From: Bacteroidales bacterium
GTDB lineage: Bacteria; Bacteroidota; Bacteroidia; Bacteroidales; UBA932
Direction: 5' to 3'
Length of the DNA stretch: 64,000 nucleotides
NCBI GenBank assembly: GCA_017647795.1
Contig: JAGCJX010000031.1
Location: forward strand, 1,428-65,427
Of the stretch, positions 18,604 through 28,941 are shown in pieces. The position numbers and the translations under genes are program-made. The notes under the pieces were generated by a model, which ran no database searches, was not told the origin of the DNA, and saw only the letters and a program-made list of their open reading frames with translations. The stretch's first letter is position 1; every line of letters begins with the position of its first letter.

Positions 18604-20643
18604 ATGCTTAAATTAAGAAAACTTTCTTGGACCTTGTTGGCCGTTTTAGGCCTTGGTCTTGCTGTGTCTTGTGAAGAAGACAAACCCACTCCTGAGCCCA
18701 CACCCGAGGCTCCCGTCATTACCTTGAACATGACTGAAATCGATGCACCTAAGGAAGGCAACACCTATGCGGTGGAATTTTCCATCACCAATCCCATAGA
18801 AGGTGTAAGCGCATCCATCGCAGTTCCCGAAGTGCAATGGATTTCCGGTGTGGATACTTCTATTGATGGTATCGTTAAATTTGACGTACTTGCCAACACC
18901 GTTGTAGAAACTCGTGAAGCAACCTTTACCGTTTCTTATGAAGGAGCTGCCGATGCATCTTTTGTTGTAAGACAAGCTGCTGGTGACCCGGAAGCGTTTG
19001 TATTCTCTAACCTGCAAGCCGGCATTGATGCATATACCGTTGAAGTAGCTCCTGCAGACAAACAAACCCCCTACATTTACTTCTCTTCTACTTTGGAATA
19101 CATTGAAGAAAGTGGTCTCCAAGATGACGAAGCTTTGTTCCAAGACGATATGGAATTTTTTGTCCTCTTGGCTGATATGTATGGCTATAGCTTGGCGGAT
19201 GTCCTGCAAATGTACACCTTGGTTGGTGACCAAACCCTGAGCAGCGATGGATTGTCTCCCAAAACAGACTATGTTGCTTACGTTTACCACATCAACCTTG
19301 AAACCCAAGAACGTTTGAGCGACATCGCTCGTTGCAATATCCGCACGGCTGAGATGGAACTGGAACAAATCAACTTTGATGTTGACTTTGATATCCAAGG
19401 CCCCATTGTAACCGTAACCATTACTCCGGAAAATTATGATGGTCACTACTTCTGGGATGGTGTCCCGGTACTTGATTATGAAGCACAATATCCCGATATG
19501 GAACTTGCTGACTATGCAATTTCTAACTGGTTGAGCTACGTTAACTTGTACTTGTCTTACGGTATTCCCCTTGAAGAATTGCTTGCATTGTGTCCTCAAG
19601 GTGTTTTCACCAATACCCTCACCAACATGAATGCAGAAACCGAATATGCATTCTATGTAATGGCCATTGATAGCGAAACCGCATACCCGATTTCAGAACC
19701 TGTTATTGAAAATGTAACGACTGGTTCCGTAGAAACGTCTGACCTCGTTGTTGATATCGAAATTTCAGAAGTTGGTTCAACCACAGCGGTTGTAAGCTAC
19801 GTTGCAAGCAACGATACGGATCCTTATGTTGCTACCGTTATCGACCAACAAACTTTCAACGAATTGGGTACTACCGACGAAGAAAGAATGGACTACCTGG
19901 TAACTTACTACTATGTTTCTACCTTTATGGGTTCTCTCATCGATCAAAACATGTCTGGTCTGACTCCCGAAACGGACTACTATGCAATTGCATTTGGTTT
20001 CGTAGGTGGTGTTGTCAATACCGACTTGTACAAAGCTGAATTCACTACTGGTGAAGCTGTTTTGGCTGAGTGCACCATGTCAGTAGAAATCGGTGATTAC
20101 TACGATGCTGATGCAGTGATCGCTCTTGACTCGTATTTCGCTGGTTACGAAGGTATGGCATTCGTTCGGATGGCTGCTTCAATCGAAGGTGAATACACTG
20201 AATACTACTACGGTGTTTATGAAGATGATGGCGCAACTTATTCCGACATGGAATGGATTGGTTATTTGACTCAAAACTATCCTAAGACTGCCCTCGAAAC
20301 ACTTTATGTATTGGATTTCGACATGCCGTTTATCTTTGTAGGTGTAGCAAAAGATGCTGCAGGTAACTATGGTCCTGTTTGCACCCAAACCTTCACCCTC
20401 AGCAGAGATCAAGTATCTGATCCCGAAGATTTGCTGGAATGGTGGTATTCTGATGCACAACCCCGTCGTCAAATGGTTGCTACCGATCAAATGACCAAAT
20501 GCGAAGACTTCTTCGGTTTGAAGAAAGCAGACGCTCCGATCGTTTACGAAAGACAAAACGCTGTAGTAGACTTGAATGCTCCCCTCACTTTCCGTGAGTT
20601 CAAAGCCATCGAAACCAACAAGTTTACAGAAAAAACCCGCTAA
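18604..20643 (+). CDS. acidic surface lipoprotein with BACON-like N-terminal Ig domain and three repeated modules
   Basis: Lipobox LAVSC. A BACON-like segment ends FVVRQAAG. Three modules each carry L(S/T)P(K/E)TDY..., MNAETEY... signatures. Codon usage differs from neighbouring genes. Confidence 0.7.
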   Translation: MLKLRKLSWTLLAVLGLGLAVSCEEDKPTPEPTPEAPVITLNMTEIDAPKEGNTYAVEFSITNPIEGVSASIAVPEVQWISGVDTSIDGIVKFDVLANTVVETREATFTVSYEGAADASFVVRQAAGDPEAFVFSNLQAGIDAYTVEVAPADKQTPYIYFSSTLEYIEESGLQDDEALFQDDMEFFVLLADMYGYSLADVLQMYTLVGDQTLSSDGLSPKTDYVAYVYHINLETQERLSDIARCNIRTAEMELEQINFDVDFDIQGPIVTVTITPENYDGHYFWDGVPVLDYEAQYPDMELADYAISNWLSYVNLYLSYGIPLEELLALCPQGVFTNTLTNMNAETEYAFYVMAIDSETAYPISEPVIENVTTGSVETSDLVVDIEISEVGSTTAVVSYVASNDTDPYVATVIDQQTFNELGTTDEERMDYLVTYYYVSTFMGSLIDQNMSGLTPETDYYAIAFGFVGGVVNTDLYKAEFTTGEAVLAECTMSVEIGDYYDADAVIALDSYFAGYEGMAFVRMAASIEGEYTEYYYGVYEDDGATYSDMEWIGYLTQNYPKTALETLYVLDFDMPFIFVGVAKDAAGNYGPVCTQTFTLSRDQVSDPEDLLEWWYSDAQPRRQMVATDQMTKCEDFFGLKKADAPIVYERQNAVVDLNAPLTFREFKAIETNKFTEKTR

Positions 20644-20684
20644 TTCATCCGATCGATAAGATCCTGAATTACATACCAAAGGGG

Positions 20685-20726
20685 CTGACTAAAAAGTCAA
20701 TATGACTGATTAGTCAGTCTCTTTTC
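20685..20726 (+). terminator. stem-loop terminator candidate after the lipoprotein gene
   Basis: CTGACTAA (20685..20692) pairs with TTAGTCAG (20710..20717) and is followed by TCTCTTTTC. Confidence 0.45.
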
Positions 20727-20765
20727 TATAAATATGGTGACACCGGGAAGGTAGTATATAAATCA

Positions 20766-21110
20766 TACAATCAGAACGATTCTCTTCTTTTTCCTCCCTG
20801 TATCGGTGACTTTATCCCTGAAAATGATCTAGTACGCGTCCTGGATGGCATAGTTGAGCATCTAGATATCAAGTGCAATCGAAGCCACTGTAGTCATATC
20901 CATATAAACACGAAATAATGTATATCCTGTAAGGGCATGTTCTGACCGGAATAGTAGCCGGTCTATTTCTGCGGTCGAATAGTCCCCGATGGCATCGTGG
21001 TAAACCATAAGATCGGGTTGGAGATAGAATGCGGCAGATAGCCCAACTGGTTGATTCGGATCCACTGGCCAGCGCTCGCCGATGCAATGCCTGCAAATTC
21101 TGCCCTGAAA
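20766..21110 (+). mobile_element. decayed IS1182-family transposase remnant
   Basis: The translation YNQNDSLLFPPCIGDFIPENDLVRVLDGIVEHLDI matches the characteristic IS1182 transposase N-terminus. There is no start codon, and downstream frames are broken by stops. Confidence 0.55.
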
Positions 21111-21164
21111 GAGCTGGGATGAAGCGAAATATGCTATCTTTACCCCGAAAAATCCGAATCGATT

Positions 21165-21875
21165 ATGATCAGGCCTGCCCTTTCAACATCCTTGCTGTTT
21201 TTTGTACTTTGCCTGTTGGCAACCAACCGGAGCGAAGCGCAAAACGTACAATTGTTTTATGATACCGGAAGAGGTTGCGCAACTTCCACGGTGGAGATGT
21301 TCCGTCCGGACGTTGGTGGAAACACTTTCTTTTTTGTTGACTTCGACTATGCACCGAAAGCAACAAGCGCTTACTGGGAAATTGCACGGGAACTGAATTT
21401 CTGGCAAGATTCACCACTGGACTGGCTCTCGGTCCATCTCGAGTACAACGGGGGACTGTCCAATACGGTGTCCTACGACAATGCATTCCTTGGTGGGCTG
21501 ACGTATTCCGGCCATTCATCGGATTTCTCCAAAACCTGGTCACTTTCTGTCCTGTACAAGGCCATACCGGGATTGGCAGATGACTTCGGCGGGCTACATG
21601 AGCATACTTTTCAGATAACCGGTGTCTGCGTCGTTGACTTTGCCAGGGGCTGGTGTACCTTCACTAGTTTCTTCGATTTGTCAAGAGAGTTGCGACCCTG
21701 GCAGGAGGTGGCATACATTTTTGTGACAGAGCCGCAAATCTGGGTGAATTTGAATCAGATTCGCGGATGGGAACACATCCGCCTCTCCCTGGGAGCAGAA
21801 TTGGAACTGTCTGCCAATTTCCTGGGAAAAGGATTTTTTGCGATGCCGGCCGTCGGGGCCAAATGGACGTTCTAG
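21165..21875 (+). CDS. DUF5020-family outer-membrane protein
   Basis: Signal peptide followed by NVQLFYDTGRGCATSTVEMFRPDVGGNTFFFVDFDY and AYWEIARE. The C-terminus ends KWTF. Confidence 0.75.
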   Translation: MIRPALSTSLLFFVLCLLATNRSEAQNVQLFYDTGRGCATSTVEMFRPDVGGNTFFFVDFDYAPKATSAYWEIARELNFWQDSPLDWLSVHLEYNGGLSNTVSYDNAFLGGLTYSGHSSDFSKTWSLSVLYKAIPGLADDFGGLHEHTFQITGVCVVDFARGWCTFTSFFDLSRELRPWQEVAYIFVTEPQIWVNLNQIRGWEHIRLSLGAELELSANFLGKGFFAMPAVGAKWTF

Positions 21876-21884
21876 ATCACCGGT

Positions 21885-23174
21885 TCACCGGGTTTTCATC
21901 GTAAATTCAAACCGCAGGCCGCCTTGAGGACGGTTGGAGACCGAAATCGTACCTCCATGAAACTGGACAGCGTGTTTCACGATGGACAAACCTAGGCCCG
22001 TACCCCCTTTCTGGCGAGAACGGCCTTTGTCCACCCGATAAAAGCGGTCAAACAAATGCACCAGCTGGTGCGGAGCAACGCCCTTTCCGTCGTCTTCAAA
22101 TCGGATCCGGCAGTGTCCGCCGTTGTTTTCCAGCAAGGTAATCCAGATATTCTTCCCTTCAGAATAAGCTATGGCATTTTCCGTCAGGTTGCGGAAAATG
22201 GATCCCAGCAGGGAAAGATTCCCCTCCACCGTTACTTCTTCCGAAAAATCAATGTGCAGGGTCAGCTGTTCCTCATCCGGCAAGACGTCCAGTTCGCCGG
22301 CAATCTCCTGCAGGATGTGGTTGAGAACGATTCGTTCACGGGTGATGTGTTGTCCTCCGTCCTCCATTCGGGTAATGAGTGAGACATCGTTCAGCATCCG
22401 TCGAAGCCGTTCGTTGTTGATGTAGCAGCGTTCAATAAGCTCCTGTCGTTTTGTATCACTGAGCGGGATGCCGGAAAGCAGAGTCTCAAGACATACCTGG
22501 ATGGAGGCAACCGGGGTTTTCAGTTCGTGGTTGATGTTGTTGGTCAGCTGGCGTTTGATCCGGTTTCTTTCCTGTTCTGCTTCATAGCGGTTGACCCGTT
22601 CGATGGCTTTGCCGAGTCTGCGGGTGGTAAAGTAAGCTACTATACTCATACACAGACTGATGGAGAGTATGGTGACCAGAAAGGACCAGTCGGATTTGAG
22701 CAGGTCCTGCAAGGTATTGGAATAAGGGATGGCCGTACGGACGATCACCCTTTCTCCCCGCGTTGCCGAATAAAAATATTCCCGCCCGTCGCTGACGGAC
22801 AAGCGGCCGATGTGGTAGCCATATCCTTTTTTCAGGGCAGACGCCACCTCGGGACGTTCGCGGTGATTGTCCAGTACATCCAGCGGTACGGTATTGTCAT
22901 ACACCACGGCACCGGAAAGTGTAATAATCGAGATCCGCAACTCGTCAAAGGGCTTGTTGCGGGTAGCAATGAAGTCTTCGTACGGAAGTCCTTCCTCCAC
23001 CGTTTCCACCAGGTAGCGGTTGTACTGTTGCAGCTGTTTGTTCAGAAAATCAGAGCGGTATTCTTTCTCCCGAAAATATTGGAACCCAATGAAACACAGC
23101 ACAATTGCCCAGGAGAAAGCAAGCAGCAGCAAAAATAGGCGCTTGTGGAAGGATATTTTAATCTCGGAAGCCAT
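21885..23174 (-). CDS. sensor histidine kinase (PhoR-like by context)
   Basis: Two TM segments, H-box HELKTPVASI and an HATPase region (GTGLGLSIV). It overlaps the response-regulator stop. Confidence 0.85.
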   Translation of the reverse strand: MASEIKISFHKRLFLLLLAFSWAIVLCFIGFQYFREKEYRSDFLNKQLQQYNRYLVETVEEGLPYEDFIATRNKPFDELRISIITLSGAVVYDNTVPLDVLDNHRERPEVASALKKGYGYHIGRLSVSDGREYFYSATRGERVIVRTAIPYSNTLQDLLKSDWSFLVTILSISLCMSIVAYFTTRRLGKAIERVNRYEAEQERNRIKRQLTNNINHELKTPVASIQVCLETLLSGIPLSDTKRQELIERCYINNERLRRMLNDVSLITRMEDGGQHITRERIVLNHILQEIAGELDVLPDEEQLTLHIDFSEEVTVEGNLSLLGSIFRNLTENAIAYSEGKNIWITLLENNGGHCRIRFEDDGKGVAPHQLVHLFDRFYRVDKGRSRQKGGTGLGLSIVKHAVQFHGGTISVSNRPQGGLRFEFTMKTR

Positions 23175-23856
23175 AACCAAAGCCTGAACGGGTTACAATG
23201 TACGATCCATAGGGGCCGATTTTGGAACGCAAGCGCGTGATATTCACGTCAATAGTGCGGTCCAACACCACCACTTCGTCGCTCCACACGCGGCTGAGCA
23301 GCTCCTCCCGTGAACAAATCTTCCCGCGGTGAGCCACCAGATAGACCAGCAGTTCAAACTCCTTGCGCGCCAGCTTGACTTCTCCCCCATCCACCGTGCA
23401 ACGTTTGAATTCCACATCCAGCACCAACCCGTCAGCCTGCAACAGATTCGGCTTTTCGGTGCGTGGATTGCCCCCTTTCTGCGTAGCCGTACGTCGCAGG
23501 ACACTTTTGACCCTGGCAATCACATTGCGCAGTGTATACGGTTTCATGATGTAATCATCCGCCCCGATGTTCAGTCCCATTACCATATCATCTTCCGAAT
23601 CCCGGGCCGTGCAGAAAATGATGGGAATGTCTGCCGTCGCCACATCGGCTTTCAACATCTTTGCCATCCGTATGCCACTGATTTCACCCATCATAATATC
23701 CAATAAAATAAGCGAATACGACTTCAGGTCATAACCCAATGCCTGTTCGGCGCTGAAGGCGATGTCCACATCATATCCCTCGTTTTCAAGGTTGATTTTC
23801 AAGACTTCGCACAGCGTTTCCTCATCGTCCACAATCAATATCCGGTTTGTTGTCAT
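23158..23856 (-). CDS. OmpR/PhoB-family response regulator
   Basis: Receiver domain (ILIVDDEE, LLDIMM) plus a winged-helix C-terminus (LTRKEFELL-type, RLRSKI). It is divergent from the porin-pst operon. Confidence 0.9.
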   Translation of the reverse strand: MTTNRILIVDDEETLCEVLKINLENEGYDVDIAFSAEQALGYDLKSYSLILLDIMMGEISGIRMAKMLKADVATADIPIIFCTARDSEDDMVMGLNIGADDYIMKPYTLRNVIARVKSVLRRTATQKGGNPRTEKPNLLQADGLVLDVEFKRCTVDGGEVKLARKEFELLVYLVAHRGKICSREELLSRVWSDEVVVLDRTIDVNITRLRSKIGPYGSYIVTRSGFGYGFRD

Positions 23857-23989
23857 ATCCTTGTTTTTCTTGATCTGTCTGCAATATTACAGAGAATTTT
23901 TCATTTCACGAAAGCCTAACTTTTTTGTAACATTCCTGTAATATTTTCCCGGTACTTTTGTCGTGTCAAATTTAATAAGACAGCACAAT

Positions 23990-24970
23990 ATGAAAACAAA
24001 AGCAATCTTCGCAGGTATTCTGGCCTGCATCGGTATCACTGTCCAGGCACAGGATGCCAACATCGAGGAATCGAAGGGAAAAGCAATCGTACAAGCCTTC
24101 GGAAATTTCCACACCGGTTTGGGTGCACACTACAACGACCGCGGGTTTGATTTGGAACGCAGTTACCTGGGATACGAATACAAACTCACCGAGGGGCTGA
24201 CCGTCAAAGGGGTTATGGACATCGGTCAATCCAACGATGTTTCGGATTATCAACGGATTGCATACATCAAAAATGCCATGATTACCTGGAAAAAAGACCG
24301 ATTCACCCTCAATGGCGGTCTGATTTCCAACAACCAATTCAACTTTCAGGAAAAATTCTGGGGATACCGGTATGTGATGAAATCATTTCAGGACTTGTAC
24401 AAATTTGGTCACAGCGCAGACTTGGGCCTCTCGGTGGCCTATGAATTTGCGGATTGGATAGCTGCGGACGCCATCATCGTCAATGGCGAAGGTTACAAGA
24501 AAATCCAGCGCAGCAATGGCTTGGCTTACGGATTGGGTGTAACAATGACGCCGGTTGAAGGTCTCCAACTGCGTCTGTATGGAGGTCTGAACGAAGGAGG
24601 TGCTCCGGGTGAAAGGGATGTTACCAACTTTGCCGCATTTGCCGGATACAAACACGAAAGGTTCTCCATCGGAGCCGAGTTCAACAAAATGTGGAATGCC
24701 TCCCACCGTCCGGACGCCGATCAGCAGGGTTACTCTGTTTTTGCATCGTTCCGATTGTCCGATATGGCCGATCTCTACGTGCGGTACGACGACCTTGCTT
24801 CGCGAAATGATTGGAACCGGGATATCGATCAGGCACTCGCCATCCTCGGCGCGCAGTTCAAGCTTGGCAAGTACGTCAAGATCGCTCCAAACCTCCGTAT
24901 GAGTATGCCCAAAGCGGCTGGCGCGAATCATGCATATGCTGCTTTCATCAGTTGTTACTTTGGTTTATAA
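23990..24970 (+). CDS. outer-membrane porin (phosphate-porin-like by context)
   Basis: Signal peptide MKTKAIFAGILACIGITVQA and an alternating beta-strand pattern. A TACTTTTG box lies at 23953..23960, and the gene is directly upstream of pstS. Confidence 0.55.
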   Translation: MKTKAIFAGILACIGITVQAQDANIEESKGKAIVQAFGNFHTGLGAHYNDRGFDLERSYLGYEYKLTEGLTVKGVMDIGQSNDVSDYQRIAYIKNAMITWKKDRFTLNGGLISNNQFNFQEKFWGYRYVMKSFQDLYKFGHSADLGLSVAYEFADWIAADAIIVNGEGYKKIQRSNGLAYGLGVTMTPVEGLQLRLYGGLNEGGAPGERDVTNFAAFAGYKHERFSIGAEFNKMWNASHRPDADQQGYSVFASFRLSDMADLYVRYDDLASRNDWNRDIDQALAILGAQFKLGKYVKIAPNLRMSMPKAAGANHAYAAFISCYFGL

Positions 24971-24999
24971 CAAAACAACCATTGAATAGATATTAAGTT

Positions 25000-26061
25000 A
25001 TGAGAAAGATTTTTTCATCCGTGATGATGTGTGCTGTAGCCCTTGCGCTTGTTGCCTGTGGCGGTCAGTCAAACAAAGGGGGGCGCAAGGCCCAGGAACT
25101 CTCGGGAGCCGGTGCAACATTCCCTCTTCCGTTCTACAATGTGGTGTTTGAGAACTTTGCCGTGAAACAAGGTGATGCCGTTGCATACGGTGGTATCGGT
25201 TCCGGTGGCGGGATCCGTAACCTGCGCGACAAAATTGTCGATTTTGCAGCCAGTGACGCCTTCCTGACGGAAAAAGAAATGGCTGAGATGAATCCGGTCA
25301 TTCACATACCAAGTTGCATGGGTGCTGTGGTCCTGGCCTACAACCTTGAAGGCGTGGACGAACTCAAACTCTCGGGCGAGGTAATTGCCGATATCTTTGC
25401 CGGCAACATCAAAACATGGAACGATGAACGTCTGGCGGCACTCAACCCCGGTGTGACCCTCCCGGCTGAAACCATCATCCCCGTTTTCCGTTCAGACGGT
25501 TCGGGTACGACCTTCGTCTTCACAGACTACCTGACAAAGGTAAGCCCGATGTGGGCATCCCGTTTTGGTGCAGGCAAGTCTGTCAACTTTACGGTCGGAC
25601 AGGCAGCCAAAGGTAATCCTGGCGTGGCAGGTGTCATCAAGCAGACCAGGAACGCTATCGGTTATGTCGGCTCGGAATATGCCTTCGCACAGAAACTTCC
25701 CTATGCAAGCATCCAAAACCCGCGCGGTGAGTTTGTTACACCGACTGCAGCAAGCATTTCAGCTGCGGCCTCAGGAGAGATTCCGGCAGATACCCGCTGC
25801 TCGATTACCAACGCCGACGCTGCAGGTGCCTATCCCATCTCAACATTTACCTGGTTGATCCTCTACCAGGAACAAAACTACTCGGACCGCCGTAAGGAAC
25901 AGGCTCTTGCTACCTTGGATCTTTTGAAGTTCATCCTTTCCGATGAATCCCAGCAGATTACCGCAGAAGTTCACTACGCACCCCTACCTGCGAAAGTGAA
26001 AGCCTTGAGTCTGGAAAACCTGAAGTCGCTGACTTTCGACGGAGCTGCCCTCACAGAATAA
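25000..26061 (+). CDS. pstS: phosphate ABC transporter substrate-binding protein
   Basis: Motifs GAGATFPLPFY and FRSDGSGTTFVFT. Confidence 0.9.
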   Translation: MRKIFSSVMMCAVALALVACGGQSNKGGRKAQELSGAGATFPLPFYNVVFENFAVKQGDAVAYGGIGSGGGIRNLRDKIVDFAASDAFLTEKEMAEMNPVIHIPSCMGAVVLAYNLEGVDELKLSGEVIADIFAGNIKTWNDERLAALNPGVTLPAETIIPVFRSDGSGTTFVFTDYLTKVSPMWASRFGAGKSVNFTVGQAAKGNPGVAGVIKQTRNAIGYVGSEYAFAQKLPYASIQNPRGEFVTPTAASISAAASGEIPADTRCSITNADAAGAYPISTFTWLILYQEQNYSDRRKEQALATLDLLKFILSDESQQITAEVHYAPLPAKVKALSLENLKSLTFDGAALTE

Positions 26062-26070
26062 TGTACGGCC

Positions 26071-26928
26071 ATGAACGACAAAATCTATAAAATACTTCTG
26101 TTTGTAGCGGCATTGATCATGCCGGTGGTGTGCGGAGGCATTGTCTACGGTCTGGTTACGGATGCTTACGAGGCTTTTGACCACTTCGGATTCTTCAAGT
26201 TCCTCACTTCTTCCGAATGGAGCTACACCGAAGGTGCCGAACAGTACGGAGCCCTGCCCTTCATCACCGGCACGTTGATGACCACCCTGCTGGCGCTGCT
26301 CTTCTGCATCCCGTTCTCCCTGCCTGTCGCCTTGTTTGTGGGTGAATATTTCAAGGGAACGCGTGTGGCGTCGGTGTTGAGCACCGTGACCGATTTGCTG
26401 GCGGGCATTCCCTCCATCATCTACGGCTTGTGGGGCTTCTACACGTTGCGCCCGATCATCATGGCACTGGACATTTCTCCCCAGGGTTCGGGCATTCTTA
26501 CAGCCTCCCTGGTGTTGGCAATCATGATTGTTCCGTATGCCGCATCCCTGAGTGCCGAGTTCATCAAGATGGTGCCGAACGATTTGAAGGAAGGAGCCTA
26601 CAGCTTGGGGGCAACCCGTGCCGAAGTCATCCGCAAAGTGGTTTTCCCGGTCGCCGGTTCCGGTATCTTTTCCTCCTATGTGCTGGCCATTGGCCGGGCA
26701 TTGGGAGAGACCATGACGGTCACGATGCTGATTGGAAACACCAACAACATGCCGGATTCCATCACTTCCACCGGCAATTCCATGGCTTCCATCATTGCCA
26801 ACCAGTTTGGGGAAGCTGATGATCTGCGCCTCTCTTCCCTGATTGCCATCGGTCTGATCCTCTTCCTGATAACAGCCCTGATCAACCTCATCGGAAAAAT
26901 GATGATCAAACGTGCAAGAATTGCTTAA
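26071..26928 (+). CDS. pstC: phosphate ABC transporter permease PstC
   Basis: Six-TM permease with an EAA-like loop (EGAYSLGATRAEVIRKVVFP). Confidence 0.9.
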   Translation: MNDKIYKILLFVAALIMPVVCGGIVYGLVTDAYEAFDHFGFFKFLTSSEWSYTEGAEQYGALPFITGTLMTTLLALLFCIPFSLPVALFVGEYFKGTRVASVLSTVTDLLAGIPSIIYGLWGFYTLRPIIMALDISPQGSGILTASLVLAIMIVPYAASLSAEFIKMVPNDLKEGAYSLGATRAEVIRKVVFPVAGSGIFSSYVLAIGRALGETMTVTMLIGNTNNMPDSITSTGNSMASIIANQFGEADDLRLSSLIAIGLILFLITALINLIGKMMIKRARIA

Positions 26929-26930
26929 TT

Positions 26931-27797
26931 ATGATGACCTTGAAAATTAAAAACAGATTGTTGCAGGACCGCCTGATGTTATGGGGCGTATGCCTGTTCG
27001 CTGCGCTGACGGCAGTACCGCTGCTCGCCATCCTGGGAGAAGTGCTGCTGCGTGGTTATGACCAGCTCTCGTGGTCGTTTTTTACCGAACCGACTCCTAC
27101 AGCCTACAAGGCAATGAAAGCCATCGAAGCCGGAGAACGCATTCCCGGCGGGATTGCAAACGGCATCATCGGGACGATGATCATGTTGGGCATGGCGGTG
27201 GTGTTTGCCGTTCCTGCCGGTATTTTGTGCGGAGCCTATTTGTCTGAACACCCCAAAAACCGTTTTGCCAAGGCCGTCAGTTACCTGACAGACTTGCTGC
27301 AAGGAACCCCCTCTGTAATCATCGGCATCATCACCTACATCTGGGTGGTCGTACCCATGAAAGGATATTCGGCCATTGCCGGCAGTGTCGCCTTGTTCAT
27401 TATGATGCTGCCACTGATCATCCGTTCTACCGAAGAAACCCTGAAAATCCTTCCGGCCTCGCTCAAGGAAGCCGGCCTGGCCCTGGGCGGAAACAAGGCC
27501 CGGGTCATGATGAAGGTGCAGCTTCCCGCGGCCTTTGGCGGGATCTTTACCGGTGTGTTGCTTGCCATTTCCCGCGTGATTGGAGAAACGGCTCCCCTGA
27601 TGTTTACCGCCCTGGGATGCTCCCTGATCCGCTTCTCTGTTGACAAACCCATTTCTGCGGTCCCCTTGCTCATCTGGGAGTTCTTCAACGACCCCTACCT
27701 GCAGGAACTCATCTGGGGAGCCTCCCTCTTCCTGCTATTGTTTGTACTTACGTTAAATATTTTATCCAAATACCTAGCTAAAAAATGGAATCAGTAA
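26931..27797 (+). CDS. pstA: phosphate ABC transporter permease PstA
   Basis: Permease with the motif KEAGLALGGNKARVMMKVQLP. Confidence 0.9.
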   Translation: MMTLKIKNRLLQDRLMLWGVCLFAALTAVPLLAILGEVLLRGYDQLSWSFFTEPTPTAYKAMKAIEAGERIPGGIANGIIGTMIMLGMAVVFAVPAGILCGAYLSEHPKNRFAKAVSYLTDLLQGTPSVIIGIITYIWVVVPMKGYSAIAGSVALFIMMLPLIIRSTEETLKILPASLKEAGLALGGNKARVMMKVQLPAAFGGIFTGVLLAISRVIGETAPLMFTALGCSLIRFSVDKPISAVPLLIWEFFNDPYLQELIWGASLFLLLFVLTLNILSKYLAKKWNQ

Positions 27798-28552
27798 CCC
27801 CTATCCTTGAATTCAAGAAAACTTGTGTTTCCTATACCAAACAAACCATGGCTGTCAAATATGTGTCAGCAGCCATCGAACGGAACACCATCACGGCCAT
27901 TATGGGACCTTCGGGATGTGGAAAATCAACGTTGTTGCGTGCGGTAAACCTGATGCACAACCTCTATCCGAACATCCGCGTGGATGGTGAGATTCTGTTG
28001 AATGGCGAAAACATCCTCTCGATGGAACCGATCGATGTGCGCCGTCGAGTGGGGATGGTCTTCCAGCGTCCGGCCCCCTTCCCGACCATGAGCATCTACG
28101 ACAATGTGCTGTCAGGATTTGCGTTGAATGGCATCAAACTCACCAAAGCGGAGAAGGATGCCACGGTCGAACGGTGCCTGCGCAGTGTAGCCCTCTGGGA
28201 CGAAGTGAAAGATGTGCTCAACAAAAAGGGAACCTTTCTCTCCGGCGGTCAACAGCAACGGTTGTGCATAGCCCGGGCTCTGGCCATGAAACCGGATGTC
28301 CTGCTGATGGACGAGCCGACCTCTGCCCTTGACCCGATTGCCACCAAGCACATTGAGGAACTCTTGTTGCAATTGCAGAAGGAGGTGACCATCCTGATCG
28401 TTACCCATAACATGGGACAGGCAAAGCGCATATCTTCCAAATCCATGTTCATGTACCTGGGTGAACTGGTCGAATACGGAGACACCGAAACCCTGTTTAC
28501 CGAAGCGACGGACGAACGGACCAAGGCTTATCTGACGGGAAAAATGGGGTAA
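27785..28552 (+). CDS. pstB: phosphate ABC transporter ATP-binding protein
   Basis: Walker A GPSGCGKST, signature LSGGQQQR and Walker B LLMDEP. Confidence 0.95.
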   Translation: MESVTPILEFKKTCVSYTKQTMAVKYVSAAIERNTITAIMGPSGCGKSTLLRAVNLMHNLYPNIRVDGEILLNGENILSMEPIDVRRRVGMVFQRPAPFPTMSIYDNVLSGFALNGIKLTKAEKDATVERCLRSVALWDEVKDVLNKKGTFLSGGQQQRLCIARALAMKPDVLLMDEPTSALDPIATKHIEELLLQLQKEVTILIVTHNMGQAKRISSKSMFMYLGELVEYGDTETLFTEATDERTKAYLTGKMG

Positions 28553-28617
28553 CCGGACATTCTATGAATGGACCATCCGTCAGAATGCTTATTTTTGCAC
28601 GTTAAAAAAGAACAGAT

Positions 28618-28941
28618 ATGAATTTCAACGGAATCATCATTGGACTGATCACTTTTCTGATTATCGGATTGTTTCACCCGATTGTCATCAAGGCAGAATA
28701 CTATTTTGGGAAACGTTGCTGGTGGGCCTTTGCGCTGGCCGGTGTCGTGTTCGGTTTGCTCTCACTCTTGCTGGATGACATCCTGTGGTCCAGCGTGGCC
28801 GGCGTTACCGCATTCTCCAGTTTCTGGTCCATTCACGAAGTGATAGAGCAGGAAAATCGCGTAAAGAAAGGATGGTTCCCGGCCAATCCCAAACGCAAGA
28901 ACCGGCAGACAAATTCATCCAAGGATTCTCCGGTGGGATGA
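28618..28941 (+). CDS. DUF4491-family small membrane protein (paralog of 41299..41586)
   Basis: The segment IIGLFHPIVIKAEYYFG...SFWSIHEVIEQENRVKKGWFP is clearly homologous to the second copy, but the C-terminal tail differs. A TATTTTTG box lies upstream. Confidence 0.7.
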   Translation: MNFNGIIIGLITFLIIGLFHPIVIKAEYYFGKRCWWAFALAGVVFGLLSLLLDDILWSSVAGVTAFSSFWSIHEVIEQENRVKKGWFPANPKRKNRQTNSSKDSPVG

